Positions 27,272-40,299 of a stretch of DNA of 64,000 nucleotides are shown here, in pieces; positions within the stretch are counted from its first letter, which is position 1; every line of letters starts with the position of its first letter. The position numbers and the translations under genes are program-made. A model generated the notes under the pieces. It made no database searches and had not been told where the DNA came from. It saw only the letters and a program-made list of their open reading frames with translations. This DNA comes from Octopus bimaculoides (lineage: Eukaryota): NCBI RefSeq assembly GCF_001194135.2, contig NC_068981.1:130112429-130176428 (forward strand), read 5' to 3'.

Positions 27272-30030
27272 ATGATTTTTAACCAGTATTGAGTTTTACA
27301 ATTCTGTAAATAATATTTTTTTGTAAGTTTAAAGCTTATAAATGATCACCTGTGCATTGACTAAATAAAATAGTCTAATATTGGGGCATTTAAGCCCTCA
27401 GTGGCAAAATGTGGGTTTTCCATACATGTGGGACTCCAACCCACACATCTGTTTTCATGACAAGTTTGCTACCATTACACCAACGTACCCACTTGGTTAT
27501 ATATATATAAGTCCAGCTTCCACACAGTTTCCATGTACCATATCCACTCACAAAGTATTAGTTGACCCGGGACTATACCAGAAAAACCCATGCCAAAAGT
27601 GCCACACTGTGGGACTGAACGGCAAACCACATGATTGCAACGCAAGCTTCTTAACCACATACCCAAGACATCTCATTTCATCTTTGCCCACTTATTTCAG
27701 GGAGAGTCATGGGGGCAAAGTCCTCAAGCATGCTTTCCATTGACCCCTAACCAACTGACTTGGGTGGAATTTGAACTCTCAAGGTAAACTAAACATATCA
27801 AGGCATTCTGCCAGGTTTCAAATGATATCACCAATCTACAAAGTAAATATTAGCAGTCTCTGGGCCTCGATAAAACTCAGTGGTTGCAAGATTAAGGGAC
27901 TGGGAAACTACCTTACATAGCTAACAGGAGACAATAAATAGCAGAATTTATTTATTTCCTACACCTGACCATGGGTTTTTTTTGTAACAGAATCCATTCT
28001 ATTGTAAACATTTAAACCAAGTTTACCAAAGCTTGGCCAACCAAGCTCATGAATGTTTTTCAACCGACTTGTTCATAGCCTACCCACTGGTTCTCCTACC
28101 AATTGGTTTTTGCACATAGAACTTAAGTGATTCTTTCCTGAGACATTCTCACCACATATTTATAGTATCAGAACTATGATTTCTCAATTCAGAGAAGTAA
28201 TGGCTCAATCTGGAGTACCTCTCTGATCATCGATCTATGTACTCGATTGAGTAACATTATTCCAAAGACTCTTGAACACATATAACCAGGGTTTATTTCA
28301 TAAGAAATATGAACATCGAATTGTTTCCATGGAAATTCTTGTAAATAACTAATGTGGTTGATTAGCTCTGAACTAACTATGAAGAAGCAGACCTATGATC
28401 AAAGATTTTATACTCATGACCACCTAATCTCTTTTTCCAAATGCAGTGTAGTCAGAGTCACATTATCCGATGTGTCACTTTTTTTTTTCTTAAATGGTAG
28501 GTTGTGTTTAGGGGGAGATTTAGCTGCTATTTCTAGCAAGTTCCATAAAAACATTATGTGAATGAAAGAGAGAACAAGAAAAATGGTTAAGACAAAGAGT
28601 GAGAAGTGGGGAAATGGAAAAACAGAACAATTGGGAAAATGAGTGAGAAATAATTAAGAAGTGAGAAAGTGGGTGAGAAGGAGAGTGGCAGAATATAGAA
28701 AAGTAGAAGCATGTGTGTGGATGAGGGGATGAAACAGAGAGGGAATGGGGAAGAGAGTGGTAAAGAGAAGGAGAGAAACTGCAATCGTCAAGTCAGAGAA
28801 AGTGTTAGACAGGGTCACATGGTTTGTCATCTAATAATGAGGTAATTTTGTGTCATTGACTGGTTCTTGAAAGTATAGATAAGAGTTCAAAATTTAAAAG
28901 AAAACTAGATTTTAATCTAATATTAATGATGTTATGTATTGATACATGTATATATGCATCAAAAAGACCCTCCCCTTCTATCACCCTCCCTAATAAGTCA
29001 TAACTCACTCCAACTCTAAAAGGTAACCATATGAACTAAGTAGCCTGTTACTTCAATTACCTAATCTGAAGATATGGAAATGAAAATGTATAACAGAGGG
29101 AAGGGAGGGAGAAAGGGAATTGTTTGGCAAAAGGGACTGATAAAGTAAGTATGAGACTTTAAAAAAAAACAAGTCTTGGGGTCGATATGTTCAACTAAAC
29201 CCTTCGAAGCAGTGCCCCAGCTTGGCTGCAGTCCAATGACAGTTACAAATAAAAGATAAGAGACAATCCATCCAAAAAGCTTCCACAATCCAATTTTACT
29301 TACAAGGTCTAGATTGACACAAGGCTATGTTAACCCTTTAGCACTTAAGCCATATCTGGCTTAAATATTCTGTTTCATGATCAAACTGACCAGATCTGGC
29401 CTCTCACACCTGCCCTACAATGTTATTCTAAAAAAACACTTTTATCAAAATCAGATAATGCTTGATTAACTCAAAATGATGTGAATAAACAAGCATTACA
29501 TTTGACAAACTAATCTGAATACTAAAGGTTTACAAGACATTTGTCCAGGAAGTCATGCACTGAGATTAAACCAAGGAACTCATGGTTGTGAAGAACACTT
29601 GCCAACTGTGATACTTAGCAATGCCTTCATCCTGGATATACTATCAATGATTGTGATGGTGTGGTGAACTCTTATCACTTCAATAAATAAGGGTTTGACA
29701 AGACACAGCTGTGCAGATTGGTGAGCTGGTGTCTTGGTCTGCAGAACAACCTCCACAATAAATATTATTACAGGGGGCATAGTTTATGCAGAACCAGCCC
29801 TACTATCTCTCTCTCCTTCAAACTTGTATTGGTCTAGTGCAGTGGTTCCCAAAGTGAGCAATACAGCCCCCCCCCTCCTCGGTGGTTATGGAAAGATCCA
29901 GTGGAGGTGGCCTTGAAGAAAAGTGAGGCAATAAAGGGGTTCGATGGTGGAGCAGCCAAAAGGGGGGCAATAATAGGGTGACCAAAAGGGGGCAAAGGAT
30001 TTAAAAACAACCAAATAATGGGTTAATTAG

Positions 30031-30398
30031 TTCTATATTTAAGAGATGAGGAATTTTGTACATTATTTACATTCAACGGATATTTGTCCTCATCTTGTTT
30101 GTTGTTAACACAACATTTCGGCTGATATACTCTCCAGCCTTCATCTGGTGTCTTCATATGCCCACGGGCATATGGCATAGTGGTTAAGAGCACGGGCTAC
30201 TAATCCCAAGATTCCGAGTTCGATTCCAAGCAGTGACCTGAACACTAATAATAATAATAATATCGAAAAAATACCTTAGGAATGAGAACCCAGGAAATTT
30301 CCCCAAAACACCTGAAGAAGGCTGGAGGGTATATCAGCCAAAACGTTGTGTTAACAACAAACCAGATGAGGACAAATATCTGTCGAATATAAATAATG
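30031..30398 (+). mobile_element. tRNA-headed SINE with Penelope-type hammerhead tail and inverted tail copy
   Basis: 15-bp TSD TAATGGGTTAATTAG (30016-30030 and 30399-30413); A box 30173-30183; B box 30216-30227; arms about 30059-30154 and 30305-30400 are inverted repeats. Confidence 0.8.
30307..30352 (+). ncRNA. Minimal type I hammerhead ribozyme motif (core-mutated copy)
   Basis: AACAC-CTGAAGA-A-GGCTG/CAGCC stem II-AAAA (consensus GAAA)-CGTT-GTGTT. Stem I closes, stem III is the palindromic ACGT. The mirror copy at 30107-30152 on the minus strand has an intact GAAA. Confidence 0.6.
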
Positions 30399-31195
30399 TA
30401 ATGGGTTAATTAGGTTGTGAATTTGCTGTAGAAAGTGGTCTGTATTTGTAGCGGTGAGTGGGGGGAGGGGCATTAGGAATGTAGCCTGAGTACCAAGTGG
30501 GTAGCAGCCCAAAATTTTTGGGAACCAATGCAACAAGTGCCACAAGCCCATCAGTTATGAGGATGCAGGATTTATATAGAGTTACAGTCTCTTTGATGAG
30601 CAGCTAAAGAGTTGAAAGGCCTCATCTGCCCTGGGTCAGTAGGATGTCTGTGGGGGACCTCCTTTCAAAAGATTAATTCCATGACATGCTAACCAATAAC
30701 TGGGATCCCAGGGCCACATAATACCCTCAGCGCCCCCACCCCTACTTCTATGTATAAATAACTATTTTATATTTTACTAATTTATATATTCTATGAATCA
30801 TTTGATATTTAATATATTATATATAATTTATATACAATACTATAATAATATTATAATAAATTCATAGCATCCCCCAATTCACTGCCTTCCTCCCAACGCA
30901 TCCTTTTTCTCTACTGCTCTCCCACCACCACCGCCCCCATAGGCACCAGCTCAATACCTACTGGTGGGGGGGGGGAGTAACGCCCACTTTGATAAACCTA
31001 TGGTGTAGAGTCATGGAAGAATGACACAGAATTGATAGCAAGCAGAGACAGATATGAATGAGTTTGAATGGAGATTGTGTGCAACTAACTAGCTCTGAGA
31101 AAAAGATACTGTGGAAGTAGCTCTAGAAGAGATCAGACAGAGTGAGAAGACAGTGTATTTGTAGAATAGGTTTTGAATTCATGAGTTGAAACAGA

Positions 31196-31993
31196 TTTTG
31201 TTGGGTCTCAAGAGGGTCATTATGTCCGTAACAAACACGTGTACTGGTTCTATTTCACTTTCATTATTACTAGTCAATTAGTTAACCATTTAAGTAATCA
31301 ATTAATTGATTGGATAATTGTTTGGTCAATCAGTCAGTTTGCTAGGTTCATCAGAGTCCCTTTTTTACCATTCGTGACCTCATCAATTACATGACCTCTT
31401 AGTCTCAGGTCTACTTTAGGATCTGTCTGTCTCCTAGTTTACAGATTCTATATTTATAGTGATGTCAGAGACACTCTCTCACATGCATTCTCACTCATGT
31501 CCCTATAAATATAAACAAAGAGTCTGTAAGCTAGGAGACAGACAGACCTGGAGTAGAGAGGGTATGTCATTGATGAGATTGCGAATGTCAACAAAAGAAC
31601 TGATGAACCTAGCTAATTAATATACTGATCAAACAATCAGGAAATTTATTAGTTAAATAATTAACTAATTGACTAATAGAACTAGTAAAATAGGCGGCGA
31701 GCTGGCAGAAACGTTAGTACGCCGGGCGAAATGCTTAGCGGTATTTCGTCTGCCGTTACATTCTGAGTTCAAATTTCGCCGAGGTCAATTTTGCTTTTCA
31801 TCCTTTCAGGGTCGATAAATTAAGTACCAGTTACGCACTGGGGTCGATCTAATCGACTTGATCCCTTTGTCTGTCCTTGTTTGTCCCCTCTATGTTTAGC
31901 CCCTTGTGGGCAATAAAGAAATAAGAACTAGTAAAATAGAACTAGTGCATGTGTTTTTTTGGGGCATAATGACCCTCCAGAGATTCAACAAAA
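31196..31993. mobile_element. Diverged foldback element (about 550 bp) interrupted by a SINE
   Basis: Arms pair almost to the centre (about 31480); the right arm is split by the SINE at 31694-31923. Confidence 0.7.
31694..31923 (+). mobile_element. tRNA-derived SINE family B (central domain resembling Deu/Nin)
   Basis: GGCGGCGAGCTGGCAG...GAGTTCAAATT...TTTGC.TTTCATCCTTTC.GGGTCGATAA; 16-bp TSD AGAACTAGTAAAATAG. Confidence 0.85.
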
Positions 31994-33094
31994 AGTAAAA
32001 AGCACCATTTAAGCATGGCCAGTACCCCCTGACTGGCCCTCGTGCTGGTGGCACATAAAAAGCACCCACTACACTCTCAGAGTGGTTGGTGTCAGTAAGA
32101 ACATCCAGCTGTAGAAACTTTGCCCGATCGGATTGGAATCTGATACAGCCTTCTGGCTTGCCAGCCCTCAGTCAAACCGTCCATTGACGATGATGATGAT
32201 GAATTTACTGAACTCACGTAACAGAAAAAGCATTGAGCTTACTGATTCATCTGTTTCATTACAATTCAAAGAATGGACAATATAAAAATATAAATATTTT
32301 AGATCATATTTAATATTGTGTGCTTTCATTTTAAATGCAAATTTAATTTAATACAGAAGTAAAACATTTTTTTAAACATGATCATGATTTTAAAAATAAA
32401 GAAATCATACAAGTTTGTCAAATCAGAAGGAGGGGGTACAACAAAGTTATATCCTGTCATTGTTTTCATGCTTTACTGTTAACCAGTACAAAATTCAACA
32501 CTCCTGCCATTTTACAACTATATTATGACAGAAGCTTCCTATAAATGATTCATTAATTTCATTACACATAAATCTAGCAAATTGTTCATGAAGTATGCTT
32601 CTGAATTTAATGATTAGAATTTATTGAACCCAAGGAACGTAAAACAGAAACAGTAACAAGCTTACTGATTTATCTGTTTCATTGCAATTCAGTGAGTTGA
32701 CCATTTAACACACAAGCACACTTGAAATATGGTTATTAATTTTGTGCATGTACATCTGTTGGTTAATATAAACAAGTTTGTACTATCCTCAGTGACATTC
32801 CACATCATTTAATTCTTCACAATCACACACACACACTAAAAATAGATATTTTTCACTCTGAATAAATGTACTAAGACTTCAAATTTCTGAATACAAAACA
32901 TTTAAAACGTCACAGAATGCTTGAGACACCTTGTAGGTCAAACAGTAATATATTCTGAATAAAATGGTAAGATTTATCTTACCTGTGTTACAAACAAAGA
33001 TCTCTATTTATATAAAAGTTAACAAAATGATACATATCTAGAGGATGTAGATCAACTGTGCCTGGAATAGAAGGGATTGAGGATAATCTGTTGG

Positions 33095-34075
33095 AAGTAT
33101 AATATTGGTTTCAAATTCTGGCATAAGGCCAGCAATTTTAAGGGAGGGGTAAATCAGTTACATCAACCCTAGCGTTCAACTAGCCCTTATTTTATTGACC
33201 CTGAAAGGATGACAGTTGACCTTGGTAGAATTTGAACTCAGAATGTAAAGATGGATGAAATGCCACTAAGCATTTTGCCCAATGTGCTTATGATTTTATC
33301 AGCTCATCGCTTTACATCGTCAATATCGAAGGATCTTTAATGCAGCAGTTATAATTTTGTTTGTTTTTACTATTCGAGTTCAAATTCTACCCAGGTCAAC
33401 TTTACCTTTCATCCTTTCGGGGTCAATAAAATAAGGACCAATTGAACACTAAGATTGATATAATTGACTTATCCCTCTCCTATAATTGTTGGCCTTGTGC
33501 CAAAATTTCCTTTTGAACATTTGCACAAAGCAACAAATTTCATGGGGGAAGGGTTATAGTCAGTTAATATTGGTTTAAAATTTTCGCACACAGCCAGCAA
33601 ACTCAGGGAAGGGGTAAGTCAATTACATTGACCTCAGTGTTTAACTAGTTCTTACTTTATTGACCCCTACAGGATGAAAGGCAAAGTCAGCCTTGGCAGA
33701 ATTTGAACTCGGAACATAAAGATGGATAAAATGCTATGCATTTTGCCTGGTGTGCTAACAGTTCTGCTAGCTTACTACCTTAATAGTTAATATCAGAAAG
33801 ATGAAAACCAAGTTGATCTGAGTGAGATTTGAACTCAGAATGCAAAGGTGATAAATAGCATAATGTATTTTGTCCAACATGATGAGCTGGTAGAATCTTT
33901 AGCACATTGGACAAGAATGCTCAGTGGCATTTCTTTTAGTTCTGAGTTCAAATATCACCAAGCTCAACTTTGCCTTTCATCCTTTCGGGGTCAATAAAAT
34001 AAGTACTTGTCAAGTACTGGGGTCATTGTCATCAACTTGTCTCCTTGTCCAAAAAATTGCTAACCTTGAATCCAG
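33095..34075. mobile_element. Cluster of family-B SINE copies in both orientations
   Basis: Minus-strand copies at about 33100-33310 and 33570-33780; plus-strand copies at about 33360-33510 and 33880-34070. Confidence 0.75.
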
Positions 34076-34265
34076 CAACAGACCAGCATCCCATTCACGG
34101 GAATGTTATGATCTCTTATATACCTCAGAAACTAGTTACAGCCTTATGAGTCTTGGGGGTGAAGGAAAATAATTTTAAAAAAATTTATTCAACATTTTTG
34201 CCACTCTATTGTACCTTTTTAAAAATATCGACAGCAGCAGTATTAATACAGAGAAGTGATATATA

Positions 34266-34431
34266 TCTCCACTTAAACATGGATGTTCTGTTAGAACAAA
34301 CTATACTGTGGTAGTTACCATAAAAGAAACTCTCATACTGGCTTTTGGTGCAAAATGCACTCAAGAGTTTCTCTCATGGTAACTACCACAGTATAGTTTG
34401 TTCTAACAGAACATCCATGTTTAAATGGGGA
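34266..34431. mobile_element. About 166-bp foldback MITE
   Basis: Near-perfect arm pairing over about 55-65 bp (TTAAACATGGATGTTCTGTTAGAACAAACTATACTGTGGTAGTTACCAT); TA flanks. Confidence 0.75.
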
Positions 34432-35040
34432 TAAATATTACCTATTGTACTTTGTCCAGCATTCCATCACTTCTGCCAATCTGTTCTTATAATAAAAATT
34501 TCTAACCTTAATCAGTAAGTTTTGAGCAAAGAAGAATTCAATTGACTCCAGTACTCAACTGGTATTTACTTTATTGATACGGGGGGGGGGGGGTAAAAGT
34601 GAAGTCAACTCAGAAGAATTTGAATCCAGAATAGCTAAATACAGTGGGGACTTTTTATCTTCTAGTAATCTACCAATTCTAATAATAATTTCCTCTATTT
34701 CTCCTTCCCCAAAAAGAAAACAATGTAAAAATGCACTAGTGAAGGCAAATGTTAAAACGAATGTTAAATAATGAGGATATATGTATGTGTGAGTAAAAGA
34801 GAAAATATAAACAATCTAAAATTATACATAATACAATCCTACTCATGTATATGTGTATACACACACAGTATATACATGATTGAATATACAAATGGTAAAT
34901 AGATATACACAAAATATAACAGGCAAATTTATGAAATGAAATTATTCATTGTAACTAGATACAATGGGTATACATGTGTAAGTGAATAAAAGAAGAGATT
35001 ATCACAGTCAGAATCTGCTCTGTGAGGGATAACTTGTGGT

Positions 35041-35247
35041 TACTCTTTTACTTGTTTCAGTCATTTGACTGTGGCTATGCTGGAGCACCACCTTTAGTCG
35101 AGCAAATTAACCCCAGGACTTATTCTTTGGAAGCCTAGTACTTATTCTATCGGTCTCTTTTGTCGAACCACTAAGTTACGGGGATGTAAACACACCACCA
35201 TCGGTTGTCAAGCGCTGTTGGGGGGACAAGCACAGACACACAAACAT

Positions 35248-35312
<65 letters not shown>

Positions 35313-35460
35313 TACGACGGGCTTCTTTCAGTTTCTGTCTACCAAATCCACTCACTAGGCTTTGGTCGGCCCGAGGCTATAGTAGAAGACACTTGCCCAA
35401 GGTGCCATGCAGTGGGAATGAACCCGGAACCATGTGGTTGGTAAGCAAGCTACTTACCAC
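35041..35460 (-). mobile_element. SINE family A
   Basis: Near-full-length copy. Confidence 0.9.
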
Positions 35461-36225
35461 AACACTTTTAACAGCAATAATACATCATCAACAAATCATT
35501 AACACTTGAGCCAAGCAAGTGAATCTCTGTAAGTGGTTGCTAGAAATAACAGCCAAATCAACCTTCAATTACTTTTACAACATCTTTGAACAAGGCATAT
35601 TGGATAATGTGGTCTTTGGTTTCCTGCATATAGAAAAAAGATTAGGTGGTCATGGCTGGAATAACTAAGTTTGCTTGAGAGATGACCTAGAACACCAACA
35701 ACAATGATGTCTAACATAAGTACGATGCACAAATCACAAGGGAGAAATACAGTTACTCACATTGATCCCAGTACTTGGTTGATACTTATTTTATTGACCC
35801 TTGAAAAGTTGAAAAGAGAAGTTGACCTAGCACAGTGGTTTTCAACCAAGGTCCATATGACATGTGGGCGGGGGGNNNNNNNNNNNNNNNNNNNNNNNNN
35901 NNNNNNNNNNNNNNNNNNNNNNNNNNNNNNNNNNNNNNNNNNNNNNNNNNNNNNNNNNNNNNNNNNNNNNNNNNNNNNNNNNNNNNNNNNNNNNNNNNNN
36001 NNNNNNNNNNNNNNNNNNNNNNNNNNNNNNNNNNNNNNNNNNNNNNNNNNNNNNNNNNNNNNNNNNNNNNNNNNNNNNNNNNNNNNNNNNNNNNNNNNNN
36101 NNNNNNNNNNNNNNNNNNNNNNNNNNNNNNNNNNNCAATGTAAGATTTTGTTGATAAAGATTATGTGCAATAAATTGGTTATACTTCTACAATTTTAAGG
36201 CATCAAGCTGGCAGAATTGTTTGCA

Positions 36226-36639
36226 TGCATAGAAGTGGCTGTGTGGTAAGTAGCTTGCTTACCAACCACATGGTTCCAGGTTCAGTCCCACTGTGTGTCA
36301 CCTTGGGCAAGTGTCTTCTACTATAGCTTCGGGCCGACCAAAGCCTTGTGAGTGGATTTGGTAGACGGAAACTGAAAGAAACACGTCGTATATATGTATA
36401 TATATATGTCTATGTATGTGTGTGTATATGTTTGTGTGTCTGTGTTTGTCCCCCCCAACATCGCTTGACAACCAATGCTGGTGTGTTTACATCCCCGTAA
36501 CTTAGCAGTTCGGCAAAGGAGACCGATAGAATAAGTACTAGGTTTCCAAAGAATAAGTCCTGGGGTCGATTTGCTTGACTAAAGGCAGTGCTCCAGCATG
36601 GCCACAGTCAAATGACTGAAACAAGTAAAAGAGAGAGTA
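36226..36639 (+). mobile_element. SINE family A
   Basis: Full-length copy, followed directly by a family-B SINE (about 36640-36838). Confidence 0.9.
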
Positions 36640-38539
36640 TGCCGGGCGAAATGATTAGTGGTATTACGTCTACCATTACATTCTGAGTTCAAATTCTGCT
36701 GAGGTCGATTTTGCTTTTCATCCTTTTGGGGTCAATTAAATAAGTGCCAGTTACACATTGGGTCGATGTAATCGACTTAATCCCTTTGTCTGTCCTTGTT
36801 TACCCCTCTACATTTAACCCCCTGTGGGCAATAAAGAAATATATACTTCTATGATACACACAAAATATTTTAATTTCTTTATGCAATTCCCAACCACATG
36901 GTTCTGGGTTCGGTCTCACTGCATGGTACCTGGGGCAAGTGTCTTCTATCGCCTTGGGCCAACAAAGCCTTGAGTGGATTTGGTAGACCGAAACTTAAAA
37001 GAAACCAGTTGTGTGTATAAGTATGTATGTATGTATGCATGTGTATGTGTTCCCTGCCACTGCTTGACAACCAGTGTTGGAGTGTTTATGGCCCTATAGC
37101 TTAGCAGTTTGGCAAAAGATCGATAGAATAAGTATCAGATTTGAAAAACAAAAAAAGTACTGTGGGGTGGTTGATACATTCGACTAAGAATTTTACAAGG
37201 CAGTACCCCAGCATGGCTGCAGTCTAATGACAAACAAGTAAAAGGTGAAAGAATTCCTAGAATATTTAATCATAAAAATATGGATTTTTAAAAAATCAAA
37301 TAAATATAGGGGTCCATTTGAGTAAAATAGGAATCAAAGGGGTCCATAGGCAAAAAAGGTAGAGAACTACAGACCTAGGTAGAACTTAGCCATAGGACTT
37401 TAAAAATAATTACTGTAAGATATTTTGTTTAAGTTCTACTTTTTTTTTTTCTGCCATCTTTAATAAGTTAACCACCAACATCAATAAGATTGCCTATTGT
37501 TGTTCAGTCTTGGGCCAGCCCTGATACTGAAGACCTATGATCAAAAGCATTCCAACTGTGACCATCCAGTCTTTCACCTATATGCAGAGAATCCACGATC
37601 ACATAAGCCAGTGGAGGGGGGGGGTTAAGCCATGCAAATGGTTTGACGGTATCTGGCTGCTATTTCTAGCAGGTTAGGTGACACTCCTTCCCTGTAGAGA
37701 AACCTCACCACTCGGCTAGGCTCAACATGATTGTTTATTGAAAGGGTACGCTTCCCACCTCCATACCATGGTCCCCCAGTCTCATTCTTTTTTCCACTCC
37801 AGCTGACCCAGTTCAAGGTAGATAATTTTAGTTCTCTTATAAACATGACCAGTGTTTAGCTTTCAACAACAAAATTGTTTGTCTACTAAATAAACAATAT
37901 ATCATATTCTAACCCAACTTACATTTCTTCTCAGCTGTTTTATTCATCACAAAAATAATCACAATCACACACACAGTCATTAACAAAATATTAAACAAAC
38001 ATACATAAAATAAAACAGAGGGAAGAGAGTGTCCAAAGGTCGAATTGTGTTGGTGATGGAAGCATGATACAGAAATTATACTAAATGAGGAGTTAAAGAT
38101 GGTATTAGTTTTTAGCCTTGTGCCTTGTCAAAAGAAACCACCTCAATCAAAAGCCTTCATTAGGGTTGACAATCTGTATTTAGTGGCTGTTCTAAAAGCA
38201 GCTAGTTTCAGCAACATAAACATCTTGTTTTTGACTAAGCTGTCACCTATCAGAATCAAATGGATATCGCGTTTGGCTGGTCAAGGGTACTTTCTTTCAT
38301 TGCCTCAAAGTTTTTCGTTTTAGAGCTTGTTTGAATGGAAATGTAGGACCTTAGGGACTGCATATACAGACAAGATCACAATAACATTAAACATCTCAGA
38401 AACTGACGTGTTTCTCATCAAGGAGCAATGACTGGGACAAGGTGTCAAATATTATCATTCAGAAATTTGCTGAGAGCAAACTGTCCCTGAAAACCAAGTA
38501 GAGATCACCAATGTTTATATTACTTTTTTTTTATCTCTT

Positions 38540-38582
<43 letters not shown>

Positions 38583-38724
38583 TAGGCAGTGTTCATGGGC
38601 CTTTTCAGGGCATCCAAAACAGGTGAAAAGGAGGAAGGAAGTTATCCGCAAACCAGGGATTTTCTATAAAAATTCTATAAAAATTATTGCTAGCCCCGAA
38701 CGTTATGACGTTTTCTACACAAAT

Positions 38725-39096
38725 TGTTAGCACTCCGTCGCTTACGACGTCGAGGGTTCCAGTTCAACGGAACAGCCTGCTCGTGAAATTAACGTGCAAG
38801 TGGCTGAGCACTCCACAAACGTGTACCCTTAACGTAGTTCTCGGGGATATTCAGCGTGACACAGTGTGACAAGGCTGACCCTTTGAATTACAGGCACAAC
38901 AGAAACAGGAAGTAAGAGTGAGAGAAAGTTGTGGTGAAAGAGTACAGCAGGGTTCGCCACCATCCCCTGCCGGAGCCTCGTGGGGCTTTAGGTGTTTTTG
39001 CTCAATAAACACTCACAACGCCCGGTCTGGGAATCGAAACTGCGATCCTATGACCGCGAGTCCGCTGCCCTAACCACTGGGCCATTGCGCCTCCAC
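38725..39096 (-). mobile_element. Young tRNA-derived SINE (family E)
   Basis: Head GGAGGCGCAATGGCCCAGTGGTTAGG...GTTTCGATTCC; CpGs intact; 9-bp TSD TACACAAAT. Confidence 0.9.
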
Positions 39097-39465
39097 TGTA
39101 CACAAATACATCTATGTAAACAATGCAATCGAAGATAGAAAAATAGGTAACGAGTGTATATGCAGATTTTAGGAGTTCTTGACCTCTATTAAAGCAATGT
39201 GTTTGTGGATGGTTAATGGGTTGGACGTGATGCTGAAGAAGGAACAAGAGCTCCTGAAATATGCATATACACCTCTTGCCTATTTTTCTATCTTCGGTCG
39301 CAAGTCTATAATAATATACTAAGGATATTTATTTTAATCCATTAATGTATTTGGTAGTATGTTATGGTTGCATAACGAAGTTAATCAACCCAGAGAATGC
39401 TTGCAGCTGACTGAACTCTACCTCTTGGGACATTTGCTGCTTTTAGTGATGCCGTCAAACTAAGT

Positions 39466-40136
39466 TGTTGTTGTTGGCACTCCGTCGCTTACGACGTCGA
39501 GGGTTCCAGTTCAACGGAACAGCTTGCTCGTGAAATTAACGTGCAAGTGGTTGAGCAATCCACAGACACGTGTACCCTTAACGTAGTTCTCGGGGATATT
39601 CAGCGTGACACAGTGTGACAAGGCTGACCCTTTGAATTACAGGCACAACAGAAACAGGAAGTAAGAGTGAGAGAAAGTTGTGGTGGAAGAATACAGCAGG
39701 GTTCGCCACCATCCCCTGCCGGAGCCTCGTGGGGCTTTAGGTGTTTTTGCTCAATAAACACTCACAGCGCCCGGTCTGGGAATCGAAACCGCGANNNNNN
39801 NNNNACGGAACAGCTTGCTCGTGAAATTAACGTGCAAGTGGTTGAGCAATCCACAGACACGTGTACCCTTAACGTAGTTCTCGGGGATATTCAGCGTGAC
39901 ACAGTGTGACAAGGCTGACCCTTTGAATTACAGGCACAACAGAAACAGGAAGTAAGAGTGAGAGAAAGTTGTGGTGGAAGAATACAGCAGGGTTCGCCAC
40001 CATCCCCTGCCGGAGCCTCGTGGGGCTTTAGGTGTTTTTGCTCAATAAACACTCACAGCGCCCGGTCTGGGAATCGAAACCGCGATCCTATGACCGCGAG
40101 TCCGCTGTCCTAACCACTGGGCCATTGCGCCTCCAC
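39466..40136 (-). mobile_element. Second family-E SINE, shown twice across a 10-N gap
   Basis: One TSD CAAACTAAGT (39456-39465 and 40137-40146) flanks both halves. Confidence 0.85.
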
Positions 40137-40299
40137 CAAACTAAGTACTATACTAAATCTATCTGCCAAGGATTTGAACCCAGAACACACACAGCTAGGA
40201 CAAATACTGCAATGCATCTGGGCCAACGTTCTTACAGTTCTAGTTCCCCTAATCTCCTGCACGGAATGAATCCCAAAAGGAAAGGTAAAGCTAATCTTT

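Larger units (their letters stand above)
29840..30530. mobile_element. hAT/Charlie-like MITE hosting the SINE insertion
   Basis: TIRs CAGTGGTTCCCAAA ... TTTGGGAACCAATG; TSD not preserved. Confidence 0.6.

Noticed and set aside
37990-38490. Strong minus-strand acceptor (ttggttttcag|) and a possible MLPSPTQFDLWTLSSLCFIL+T|GTATGT exon
   Set aside because: All frames after the acceptor close quickly and the donor context is weak; chance is likely.
39466-40136. Apparent SINE tandem dimer
   Set aside because: The halves are identical where they overlap, are separated by a 10-N placeholder gap and share one TSD; most likely a scaffolding artefact.
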